DNA of 64,000 nucleotides. It comes from an uncultured Pelagibacteraceae bacterium (lineage in GTDB: Bacteria > Pseudomonadota > Alphaproteobacteria > Pelagibacterales > Pelagibacteraceae). The translations under genes and the position numbers were made by a program. The stretch lies in assembly GCA_902597575.1 (NCBI GenBank), contig CACJYF010000001.1:5324-69323 (forward strand), in the 5' to 3' direction. Below are positions 39,627 to 48,729 of this stretch, in pieces (position 1 is the first letter of the stretch; each line of letters opens with the position of its first letter). The notes below the pieces were generated by a model. It saw nothing but the letters and a program-made list of their open reading frames with translations. It did not search any database and had not been told where the DNA came from.

Positions 39627-40331
39627 TTAATTAAATAAATCGAAAAATTTTTCAAAAAAGCCCCTATTTTTGGATGTTTTGTTAACTAAATTCACCTCAT
39701 TTTTATTATATCCATCAATAATTTTACTAGTCATCTTAAAAAAATTAATGTCTCTATCATTCGTAAATTTGTAAATATAACTTGCACTTAATATTCGATT
39801 TACAGAGATTTGAAAATTTTTTAAAGTTTTTTCAATATGTCTTATCAATTCATCGGGTAAACAAATAAAACTTATATCCAAAGAAAAATTCTTACATTTT
39901 TGATTAAGTGGTAATTTTGTAAAATGAACATCATCGATAAAATAGTTGTCAATTAAAATGTGAATAATTTTCATATTTTGAATTGTTTTTTCACACTGAT
40001 ACTTAGCACTTTTTATTAAATATAGAATTATATTAGAGTTAATATTTTCATTATAATCATGCTGTTTCATAGAAATTTGCAAATTTAAAAAATCTTTTGT
40101 TTCTAATATTATGTTAATTTTTTCGATAAAATTTCCTAAAATTTTTTCAACCTTAAATACATTTTCATTAAGAAATAAATTTAACCTATCGAAATTTAAA
40201 TGATTAGATTTACCTTCAAATAAAAATTCATCCTTGAATATTAATTTAAAGTCAGTTTTACGATTAACAGATAATATTACTTTTTGTGGACTAAAAAATA
40301 AAAAAACTTCAAAATCTAAATCATTCTTCAT
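39627..40331 (-). CDS. Highly reduced FtsA-like protein
   Basis: Occupies the ftsA slot after ftsQ; IIHILIDNYFID resembles the FtsA 1C domain; C-terminal amphipathic GFFEKFFDLFN; no actin-ATPase motifs. Confidence 0.6.
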   Translation of the reverse strand: MKNDLDFEVFLFFSPQKVILSVNRKTDFKLIFKDEFLFEGKSNHLNFDRLNLFLNENVFKVEKILGNFIEKINIILETKDFLNLQISMKQHDYNENINSNIILYLIKSAKYQCEKTIQNMKIIHILIDNYFIDDVHFTKLPLNQKCKNFSLDISFICLPDELIRHIEKTLKNFQISVNRILSASYIYKFTNDRDINFFKMTSKIIDGYNKNEVNLVNKTSKNRGFFEKFFDLFN

Positions 40332-40995
40332 TTACTATAACCTGGTTATCCTGACGAAAATCTAATATCTTAATATTTTTAAATTCATCATTATTCAGTA
40401 CATCCAAAGATAGATTTAATGAGGCATCTAAATTTTCTTTAGGGAGTTTAATAATAACGTTTTGATTAGTTTCTATATCCCATCTACCTGATTTAAAAAA
40501 ATATAAATTTTTTACTTTAGGTAATTCAAATTTTGATTTTTTTATAGATTGTAATAGATTAAAAAAAGAAGCTTTATCGTAATCTCCAAATATATTGGGT
40601 AAATTATTATTCTTATCAATTGTATGAATCAATTTACCGTTTGAGCCCAATACAAAAGATTTTCCATCTTTAAAGACATTAGCTAAAAATTTTGTTTTAT
40701 TTACCCTAATTTCTATTGATGAGGGATACTTTTTAAATACTATATAATTTTCAATTAACTTGTTAGCTTCTAATTTTTTTTCTAATTCAAATTTATTTAA
40801 AAAAAAAATATTTTTTAGATTATGCAATTCAAGATTAATTAGTAGATCTTGCATTTCTCTCTCATCTAATCCAATAACTGTAATTTCATCTATGGGTTTT
40901 AATTCAATTTTTAAAAAATATTTATTATTAAGGGTGCTTAAAAAAATTATTAAAAAAATGTATAATAATATTTTTCTACTTAATCTTAATTGCAT
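40321..40995 (-). CDS. ftsQ: Cell division protein FtsQ (short)
   Basis: N-terminal TM, KKYPSSIEI POTRA end, RWDI, LDFR; follows ddl. Confidence 0.8.
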   Translation of the reverse strand: MQLRLSRKILLYIFLIIFLSTLNNKYFLKIELKPIDEITVIGLDEREMQDLLINLELHNLKNIFFLNKFELEKKLEANKLIENYIVFKKYPSSIEIRVNKTKFLANVFKDGKSFVLGSNGKLIHTIDKNNNLPNIFGDYDKASFFNLLQSIKKSKFELPKVKNLYFFKSGRWDIETNQNVIIKLPKENLDASLNLSLDVLNNDEFKNIKILDFRQDNQVIVNEE

Positions 40996-41890
40996 TTTTT
41001 AAAAGTAATTCAATTAATCTAATAAAACTAATCTTTTTGTATGCAGCTATTTCAGGTACTAAAGAAAGTTTTGTCATACCAGGCTGCGTATTAACTTCTA
41101 AAAGGTAGAACTTATTCTCAAAAAATTTAAAATCTGATCTCGTAACCCCATTGCATTTTAAAATTTTGTGAGCCTTTAAGGCTATGATCATTAGTTGATT
41201 ATATTCATTCTTAGTTAGATCTACAGGAATTATATGTTTAGTTTTTGCTCTTGGATTATATTTAGCTTGATAATCATAAAATTTTCTTTTTGGTTTTAGT
41301 TCAATAGCCCCAAGTTTTTTAGATCCAATTATCGCAGCCTGGATTTCACGTCCCGGTATAAACTCCTCAATAATAATTTTTCGATATTCTCTTAGTAATT
41401 TTAACTTTCTAAGGATATTTGACTTGTTGCATATAAAAACGTTAACACTTGAACCTTCATTTAATGGTTTAATAACGACTGGAAATTTTATTTTTCTATC
41501 AATTTTTTTAATCAAATTATTTTTTGATAAATTAAAGGAATAACAAAAAAATTTTGGGGTTTTTATATTATTTTTTATAAAAATTTTTTTCGATATCTCC
41601 TTATCCATAGCTAAAGCAGATGAGATAACACCAGAATGTGTATAGGGTATTCCAGTGCTCTCTAAAATTGTCTGTATATAGCCATCTTCACCAAATTGGC
41701 CATGTAATGCATTAAAAATAACTTTTGGTTTGAAAGATTTTATTGTGCTAAAGAGTTTGTAATTTGGTTCTGTTATTTTTATTCTATAACCATTTTTTTT
41801 TAATTCCTTTGCTACTTGCCTCCCAGTATCAAGACTGATTGCCCTCTCTTTCGAAATACCTCCTGAGATTATTAATATTTTTTTTTTCAA
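40976..41890 (-). CDS. ddl: D-alanine--D-alanine ligase
   Basis: GGISKER..S, LHGQFGEDG, EGSS, FYDYQAKY, LEVNTQPGMT. Confidence 0.97.
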   Translation of the reverse strand: MKKKILIISGGISKERAISLDTGRQVAKELKKNGYRIKITEPNYKLFSTIKSFKPKVIFNALHGQFGEDGYIQTILESTGIPYTHSGVISSALAMDKEISKKIFIKNNIKTPKFFCYSFNLSKNNLIKKIDRKIKFPVVIKPLNEGSSVNVFICNKSNILRKLKLLREYRKIIIEEFIPGREIQAAIIGSKKLGAIELKPKRKFYDYQAKYNPRAKTKHIIPVDLTKNEYNQLMIIALKAHKILKCNGVTRSDFKFFENKFYLLEVNTQPGMTKLSLVPEIAAYKKISFIRLIELLLKNAIKIK

Positions 41891-41891
41891 A

Positions 41892-42800
41892 TTATTCTAA
41901 TATTTTAATTTCTTTTTCTAAACAAATTCCAGTTTTTTTTAAAACTTTTTCAGATACATGATCTATCAATTTTTTCATATCCTGAAATTTCGCATTACCT
42001 TTATTCACAAAAAAATTACAATGTTTTTCTGAAATACAAGCATCGCCGAATGATTGATTAAGAGGCACAGAGTCTTTTATAAGCTCCCAAACTTTTTTAT
42101 TACTCTGAGATATTGGATTTTTAAACGTACTACCACTTGTTTTAATTCTTGTAGGTTGATTTTTTTCCTTTTCAAATTTTAACTTTTTTATCGTAGCCCT
42201 AATCTCTTTTTGATTTGATTTAGAACCTTTGAAAGAAGCGCTCAAAAAAATATAATCCTCAGGTATATTGTTTTTTCTATACTCAAATTTAATCTCTTTT
42301 GATGGTATAGTTATCACTTTTCCAAATTTATCAATCGCCTGAACTGAGACCAATATATCTTTAAATTCTTTACCAAAACAACCTGCATTCATTGATATTC
42401 CGCCGCCAACTGTGCCAGGTATACATGATAGAAACTCAAAACCACTTAAATTATTTTCAAAAGCAAAATTAGATAAGCTTTTGTCTAATACGGCACTTCC
42501 AGCAATTATAATATCTTCACCATGTAATGTAATATTGCAAAAATTTTTACCTAATTTAATGACTACTCCATCAAATACACCGTCAGTTATTAGAATATTT
42601 GAACCAGCACCAAGTACAAAAATTCTTTCTTGATTATTAAGAATTTTAAGAAAATTAATTAGTTGATCCAGATAATCTGCTTTAAAAAATACTTTAGATT
42701 TACCACCTATATTAAACCAATTTTTTTTTTTTAAGTCATACTCAAAATGTAAATTTTTATCAAAACCTTTAAGAATTTTTTTAAGTTGATTTATTTTCAT
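41892..42800 (-). CDS. murB: UDP-N-acetylenolpyruvoylglucosamine reductase
   Basis: GAGSNIL, IPGTVGG..MNAG, GSTFKNP, KHCNF; ATG 42800 gives an ATGA overlap with murC. Confidence 0.95.
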   Translation of the reverse strand: MKINQLKKILKGFDKNLHFEYDLKKKNWFNIGGKSKVFFKADYLDQLINFLKILNNQERIFVLGAGSNILITDGVFDGVVIKLGKNFCNITLHGEDIIIAGSAVLDKSLSNFAFENNLSGFEFLSCIPGTVGGGISMNAGCFGKEFKDILVSVQAIDKFGKVITIPSKEIKFEYRKNNIPEDYIFLSASFKGSKSNQKEIRATIKKLKFEKEKNQPTRIKTSGSTFKNPISQSNKKVWELIKDSVPLNQSFGDACISEKHCNFFVNKGNAKFQDMKKLIDHVSEKVLKKTGICLEKEIKILE

Positions 42801-44194
42801 CTCATTAACTCTGGAAGTTTTCTCATCCAATTTGAAATAGTGCCAGCACCCATACCAATTACTATTTTTTTTCCATAGATATTTTTTTTTACAAATTTTG
42901 CTAATTGGATATTATCTTTTACTAAGAAAAGTTTAACTTTCGAGTTTTTTATAATTTCTTTTGCAAATTTAAAATAGCTGAAGCCTAATTTCATTTTTTC
43001 TCCCGCCACGTATATAGGACATAATACAACAATATCTGCATTATAGAATGAAAATGAAAATTCTTTACGAAGGTCTTTTAACCTTGAAATTCGATGAGGT
43101 TGAAATATACAAACTTTTTCATAACCTTTAAAAACTTTTTTGACTCCGTCTAAAACCATCCTAATTTCAGTTGGATGATGAGCGTAATCATCGTAAAAAC
43201 TTACGTCATTAAATTTAAATATTTTATTAAACCTTCTTTGGACACCCTTGAATCTCAATAAACCATCTTTGATTTCTCTAGTAGTAATCCCAATAGTTAG
43301 AGCTACTGCTGCGGCTGCTACAGAGTTTCTTACATTATGTATACCAATAAGTGGAATTTTAATATTTTTTATTATTTGTTTTTTTTTATTAGGTAGATTT
43401 ACTGCTAAATCAAATTTTGTCATTTCTTTTCTTTGAACTATATCTTTTATTAAAAAATTAGATCTTAAATTTTTACCATAAGTATAAAAATTTTTATTTT
43501 TAATATTCTTAATAAGTTCCCTATTAATTTTATCATCAATACAAATGAAAGATTTCCCAAATGAAGGAACTTTTTCAATAAAATCAATAAAGGATTTTTT
43601 TAAGTCATCTATATTTTTGTAAAAATCCATATGTTCTCTGTCTATATTTGTTATTATTGAGTAGGTGGGAGGAATATGAACAAAACTACCGTCTGATTCA
43701 TCTGCTTCTAAAATTGACCAATCGCTTTTACCTAATTTTGCAGAACTTTCTAATGAGTTAATGACACCACCATTTATTATTGTTGGATCTAGATTAGTTT
43801 TTTGAAAAATTGAGGCTACCAGCGAGGTGGTAGTAGTTTTTCCATGAGATCCAGCTACAACTATATTTTTTGTCAAAGAAACAATGTGTGCCAACATTTT
43901 TCCTCTTTTTATTATAGGTAAATTTTTTCTTTTCGCTTCAAGTAATTCTGGATTATTTTTTTTGATAGCTGATGAAATTACCACTATTGTTGCATTTCTA
44001 ATTTGATTTTTTTTATGACCAATAAATATTTTTATTTTCTCTTTTTTTAATCTTTCTATATTTTTATTTAATGCAATATCACTTCCCTGAACCTTAAATT
44101 CTTTTCCCTTCATAATAAGAGATAGGCCACTCATTCCTATCCCACCTATTCCTATAAAATGAATTACTTCGTTTTTCGCAAGTTCAATTTTCAT
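42797..44194 (-). CDS. murC: UDP-MurNAc--L-alanine ligase
   Basis: GIGGIGMSG, GSHGKTTTT, EADESDGS, DDYAHHPTE, FQPHR. Confidence 0.97.
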   Translation of the reverse strand: MKIELAKNEVIHFIGIGGIGMSGLSLIMKGKEFKVQGSDIALNKNIERLKKEKIKIFIGHKKNQIRNATIVVISSAIKKNNPELLEAKRKNLPIIKRGKMLAHIVSLTKNIVVAGSHGKTTTTSLVASIFQKTNLDPTIINGGVINSLESSAKLGKSDWSILEADESDGSFVHIPPTYSIITNIDREHMDFYKNIDDLKKSFIDFIEKVPSFGKSFICIDDKINRELIKNIKNKNFYTYGKNLRSNFLIKDIVQRKEMTKFDLAVNLPNKKKQIIKNIKIPLIGIHNVRNSVAAAAVALTIGITTREIKDGLLRFKGVQRRFNKIFKFNDVSFYDDYAHHPTEIRMVLDGVKKVFKGYEKVCIFQPHRISRLKDLRKEFSFSFYNADIVVLCPIYVAGEKMKLGFSYFKFAKEIIKNSKVKLFLVKDNIQLAKFVKKNIYGKKIVIGMGAGTISNWMRKLPELMR

Positions 44195-45245
44195 TTAAAT
44201 TTTTTAATATTTTTTGATTAACATTTATCCAAGTATTTTGATAATTCAAATTACTCAAATTTTCTTTTTTTTTATTTAAATTTGATTTATTTTGCACTAT
44301 TTCTTTAATCATGTGTTCTATTTTTTCCTCAAAAAGGTTTTGTTCTAAAATCCAACAACAATCATTTTTTACATAAAAATTTGCATTTTCAAACTGATGG
44401 TTGTCTTTAGAACTCGGTAATGGAACTGCGATAAAGGGCACATTAAGAATTGAAAGTTCGGCTAAAGTTGTTGCTCCTGCTCTAGTTATACAAATATCTG
44501 TTTCAGAAATTTTTTTAATAAAATTTTTGTCAAAATTAAAAATTTCATTTTCTATATTATTTTCAGAATAAAACTTTTTTAGTGAAGAAATATTAGTTAA
44601 TTGCGTTTGTTGGACAACTTTAATAGGAAATTTTTTAGAAATATTAAGAATTGATTTTTTTAGATTTTGATCAAAGATACTTGCTCCTTGACTCCCCCCA
44701 ACTATTAATAAACAAAGTTTTTCATCATTGGGTTTTAGTATTTTTTTTTTATAAAATTCATCTCTTACAAGGGGGTATATAACCACCATTTTATTTCTAA
44801 ATTTTTCAGGGAAATTTTTTATTTCGTCTGTGTAGCAAAAAATTTTTTCGCATGAGCTTAAAAAAAATTTATTAGCCCTTCCTAGAACGAAATTAGGTTC
44901 AAATAAATAAATTTTTAAATTTAGACATTTTCCCGCTAAAATTAGGGGTAATGACATATAGCCACCAGTTGAAATTAATTTTTGTATTTTTTCTTTCTTC
45001 AAAAAAAAGAAAGATTTTATACATAAAAATAAAATTTTAAAAAAATTAAAAGGTAATAAAAATAAACTCAACTTTGGAGTATCTATCAAAAAGATTTTAT
45101 GAATTTCTTTATCAAGATACTTATATCCTCTTTTATCCGTTGAAATGATTATATCTTTTTTTTTTAATAGATGATCATGTAGAATTGTTGCAGGTATTAC
45201 ATGACCTCCTGAACCCCCTGTTGAAATTAAAATTTTTTTTTTCAT
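44184..45245 (-). CDS. murG: Lipid II GlcNAc transferase
   Basis: GGSGGHVIP, GGYMS, GGSQGA, RAGATT, HQFENA. Confidence 0.95.
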   Translation of the reverse strand: MKKKILISTGGSGGHVIPATILHDHLLKKKDIIISTDKRGYKYLDKEIHKIFLIDTPKLSLFLLPFNFFKILFLCIKSFFFLKKEKIQKLISTGGYMSLPLILAGKCLNLKIYLFEPNFVLGRANKFFLSSCEKIFCYTDEIKNFPEKFRNKMVVIYPLVRDEFYKKKILKPNDEKLCLLIVGGSQGASIFDQNLKKSILNISKKFPIKVVQQTQLTNISSLKKFYSENNIENEIFNFDKNFIKKISETDICITRAGATTLAELSILNVPFIAVPLPSSKDNHQFENANFYVKNDCCWILEQNLFEEKIEHMIKEIVQNKSNLNKKKENLSNLNYQNTWINVNQKILKNLNEN

Positions 45246-45246
45246 T

Positions 45247-46371
45247 TTAATCTATTTTTCTTTTGGTCAAATTAAGAATTATTCCTGAAATAATTGATAT
45301 GCTCACAATAGACGAACCTCCATAACTTATGAAGGGAAGAGTCATCCCAGTTGTTGGAAATAATCGTATGTTTACTCCAACATGTATTGTTACTTGCATT
45401 AAAATTAAAGTTACGCAACCTACTAAAACTAATTTTGACCTATCATCATTTTCAAAGTTTACTTTTTTAAAAACTGAATGAATAAAAATTAAAAACAAAA
45501 ATAAAATTAAAATTATGGCAATAATTCCAAATTCCTCAGATATGACTGAAATAATATAGTCTGTATGTGCTTCAGGCACTCTATTCTTCAAAGTTCCCTC
45601 ACCAATTCCTTTGCCAAAAAAACCTCCACTAACGATTGATTCTATTGCTTTGTCAGATTGAAAGTTATGTGTTCCAGTATCAGGATCAAAAAAAGAGAAA
45701 ATTCTACTTTTGATGTAGCTAAATTTTGAAACAAATAGTATCAGATAAGAAAATAATAGAATTAGAATAAAAGATAAACTGATTAATAAAACAAAACTTA
45801 TTCCAGAAATAAAAATCAACACTAACCATGAAAAAAGTATCAATAAAGTTTGACCAATATCGGGTTGTAAAACTAATAAAAATACGATGCCTAAAGTTAC
45901 TAAAAAGGAAATTGAATATTTTATATAAACATTAGTATATCTTTCGCTGCTTAAAATAATACTTAAGAATACAATCAAAAAAGGTTTAACTAATTCTATT
46001 GGCTGAAATCTTGGTAGAAAATATAGATCAATCCATCTTTTAGAACCTTTAACTTCAACACCAATTAAAGGAACTAGCAGTAAAAGTAATATTGATGAAG
46101 AGAAAAAAATAATAGAGATTTTAAAAAGATTTTCTCTGTCCATGGATGAAAAAATAAATATAGAAAATGCTCCAATACATAAAAAAATTAGATGCTTAAA
46201 AAAAAAGAGGTAATCGTTAGTATTTAGTTTATCAGATGCAATCAACGAAGTAGATACGAGTGAAAAAAATAAACCTACTAAAAATAATAAAATTACTAAT
46301 GCTAGTATAAATTTATCAATATTTTTCCACCATTTATAATAGAATTTTTGAAAAGACGCTATCTTATCCAT
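45247..46371 (-). CDS. ftsW: SEDS peptidoglycan polymerase FtsW
   Basis: KRWI, QPIELVK, QPDIG, PEAHTDY, LPFISYGGSS. Confidence 0.94.
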   Translation of the reverse strand: MDKIASFQKFYYKWWKNIDKFILALVILLFLVGLFFSLVSTSLIASDKLNTNDYLFFFKHLIFLCIGAFSIFIFSSMDRENLFKISIIFFSSSILLLLLVPLIGVEVKGSKRWIDLYFLPRFQPIELVKPFLIVFLSIILSSERYTNVYIKYSISFLVTLGIVFLLVLQPDIGQTLLILFSWLVLIFISGISFVLLISLSFILILLFSYLILFVSKFSYIKSRIFSFFDPDTGTHNFQSDKAIESIVSGGFFGKGIGEGTLKNRVPEAHTDYIISVISEEFGIIAIILILFLFLIFIHSVFKKVNFENDDRSKLVLVGCVTLILMQVTIHVGVNIRLFPTTGMTLPFISYGGSSIVSISIISGIILNLTKRKID

Positions 46372-47632
46372 TTAAGTACTTTTTAATAAGCTTATTAAAA
46401 TAATATCCTCTTTCCTCAAAATCTTTGAAAGTGTCAAATGAAGCAGCGGAAGGACTAAAAATTATATTTTTTTTTAAAGAATTTTCTTTTTTAATTATTT
46501 TAAATATTTTTTTTAAAGCATTACTTAAATTATCAAAATTACTGTACTTAATTTTACCTCTAAGCTGGTTATTAAAAAACTTTTTATTTTTTCCATATAT
46601 GAATGCTTTAATATTTGAGTAATATTTTTTATCTAAATTGAATTTATCACCTTGTTTAGGTATTCCACCTAGCAACCAATAAATATTTAATTTTTTTTTT
46701 AAAATAGATATTGATGATGCAAAAGTTGTAGATTTAGAGTCATTAATTATTGTTAAGAGCGAGTCTTTATGAACTATTTGTTGACGATACTTTAGTCCCT
46801 TAAATCTTTTCAAAGTTTTAATAACAATATTTTTATTTAATTTAAATTTATTTGAAATTGCTATTATAAAAGATAAATTTTCTTTATTCGCATCATTTAA
46901 AAAATATTCGTTTTCTATATTTTTTTGAAAATTTTCTCCCGATTGAGTATCAACCTTTACTAGTTTTCTTTTTATTTTCCGTCTTTTCAACTCTTTGGTT
47001 ATTAGGAAATCTTTTTTGTTAATAAATCCAAAAGAATTTTTAAAATTACTATTTAGAATTTTAAATTTAGCTCTTACGTAATTGTTAACTGTTTTATGTC
47101 TTTCTAAATGGTCTGGTGATATATTTAGTAACACAGCATATTTTGATTGAAATATTTGGCTGTATTCAAGCTGATAGGATGAGGCTTCTACAATAAAAAT
47201 TGTTTTAGATTTTATTTTTTTTGCAGATAAGATTGGATTACCTATATTTCCAACTAATCTAACGTCATATTTATGGTTTAACAATATTTCATATAGAAGC
47301 TGACAGGTTGTAGATTTTCCATTTGTACCTGTAACAGAAATACAATTATTTTTGAAAAATGAGTAAAAAATATCTAAATCAGTATAAATTTTTTTTGAAT
47401 TTTTTTTTAAGAATTTAGATAATTTACATTTATTAATATTTATACCTGGACTAATTATAATGAAATCAAATTTTTTTTTTAAAATTGATTTATAGCTAAT
47501 TGAATTTTTTAAATTTTTCTTTAAATCATCATATAAAAAAACTTCACTTTTATTTTTTAAAAATTGGAAGGTAGATAATCCACTCTTACCTAAACCATAA
47601 ATTAATATTTTTTTATTTATAAAAATACTCAA
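46364..47632 (-). CDS. murD: UDP-MurNAc-L-Ala--D-Glu ligase
   Basis: GLGKSG, GTNGKSTT, EASSYQL, DHLERH, NDSKST, SPSAASFD; TTG start 47632 preceded by AAGGAG. Confidence 0.93.
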   Translation of the reverse strand: MSIFINKKILIYGLGKSGLSTFQFLKNKSEVFLYDDLKKNLKNSISYKSILKKKFDFIIISPGININKCKLSKFLKKNSKKIYTDLDIFYSFFKNNCISVTGTNGKSTTCQLLYEILLNHKYDVRLVGNIGNPILSAKKIKSKTIFIVEASSYQLEYSQIFQSKYAVLLNISPDHLERHKTVNNYVRAKFKILNSNFKNSFGFINKKDFLITKELKRRKIKRKLVKVDTQSGENFQKNIENEYFLNDANKENLSFIIAISNKFKLNKNIVIKTLKRFKGLKYRQQIVHKDSLLTIINDSKSTTFASSISILKKKLNIYWLLGGIPKQGDKFNLDKKYYSNIKAFIYGKNKKFFNNQLRGKIKYSNFDNLSNALKKIFKIIKKENSLKKNIIFSPSAASFDTFKDFEERGYYFNKLIKKYLNG

Positions 47633-47643
47633 ATTAATCTCCT

Positions 47644-48729
47644 TTATCTTAATTTGAGTGTTGCCAAACCAATCATTGCCAGAATGATTGAAATAATCCA
47701 AAATCTAATAACAACTGTTGATTCTGGCCATCCTTTTTTCTCAAAATGATGATGAATTGGTGCCATCTTAAAAATTCTTTTACCAGTAAGTTTAAAAGAT
47801 ATTACCTGAACCATTACTGATATAGCTTCCAAAACAAAAAGGCCACCAGTTATTGCTAATACAATCTCATGTTTTGTAATTATTCCAACAGCACCTAAAG
47901 ACCCACCAAGAGATAGTGATCCTGTATCACCCATAAAAATTTTTGCTGGTGGAGCATTAAACCACAAAAAACCTAGACACGAACCAATGATTGATCCACA
48001 AAAAATTGAAATTTCACCAGTACCCTCTATATAAGGTATTTGTAAGTAATCAGAAAATACTATATTTCCAGTCACATAACTTATAAAGGCAAAGCATGCG
48101 GCAACTAATATAACTGGCACTGTCGCCAAACCATCAAGTCCATCTGTTAGATTAACAGCATTTGAAGATCCAATTATAACAAAAACTGAAAAAGGAATAA
48201 AAAACCAACCAAGATTTACTATAAGGTTTTTGAAGAATGGAAAATATAAATTGGTTATATCTTGATAATCAACAAAATAAACAAATAAAATTACTCCTAT
48301 AAAGGCTAATAAAATTTGTAAAACTATTTTTAATTTAGATGAAATTCCAGACGAGTTATTATATTTGATTTTTTTAAAGTCATCAAAAGCTCCAAGTAAT
48401 CCAAATGAAACAGCTATATATATGCAAAACAAAATATTTAAATTTGATAGATCGGCCCAAAGTAAAACTGAAATTAATAAACCTAATAAGATGATTACAC
48501 CACCCATTGTTGGTGTTCCAATTTTTTTAACAATATGATCTTCTGGACCATCGTCTCTTATAGGGTTTAAAATTTTTTGAGTAGAGAAAAATTTAATGAA
48601 TGGACCTCCAATAATTAAGACAATAACTAAGGATGTAAAAACAGATAAACCAGTTCTAAATGTGAGATACTTAAAAACATTTAAGAAACCGAATGTATCA
48701 ACAAAGTTTAATAAAAATTGGTAAAGCAT
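47644..48729 (-). CDS. mraY: Phospho-MurNAc-pentapeptide transferase
   Basis: GTPTMGG, NAVNLTDGLDGL, FMGDTGS, MAPIHHHFE. Confidence 0.98.
   Translation of the reverse strand: MLYQFLLNFVDTFGFLNVFKYLTFRTGLSVFTSLVIVLIIGGPFIKFFSTQKILNPIRDDGPEDHIVKKIGTPTMGGVIILLGLLISVLLWADLSNLNILFCIYIAVSFGLLGAFDDFKKIKYNNSSGISSKLKIVLQILLAFIGVILFVYFVDYQDITNLYFPFFKNLIVNLGWFFIPFSVFVIIGSSNAVNLTDGLDGLATVPVILVAACFAFISYVTGNIVFSDYLQIPYIEGTGEISIFCGSIIGSCLGFLWFNAPPAKIFMGDTGSLSLGGSLGAVGIITKHEIVLAITGGLFVLEAISVMVQVISFKLTGKRIFKMAPIHHHFEKKGWPESTVVIRFWIISIILAMIGLATLKLR

Noticed and set aside
42721-42732. T12 homopolymer in murB, and many A/T 9-10 runs in dcw genes, as phase-variation tracts
   Set aside because: Frames are intact, the genes are essential, and runs encode poly-Lys in an AT-rich background
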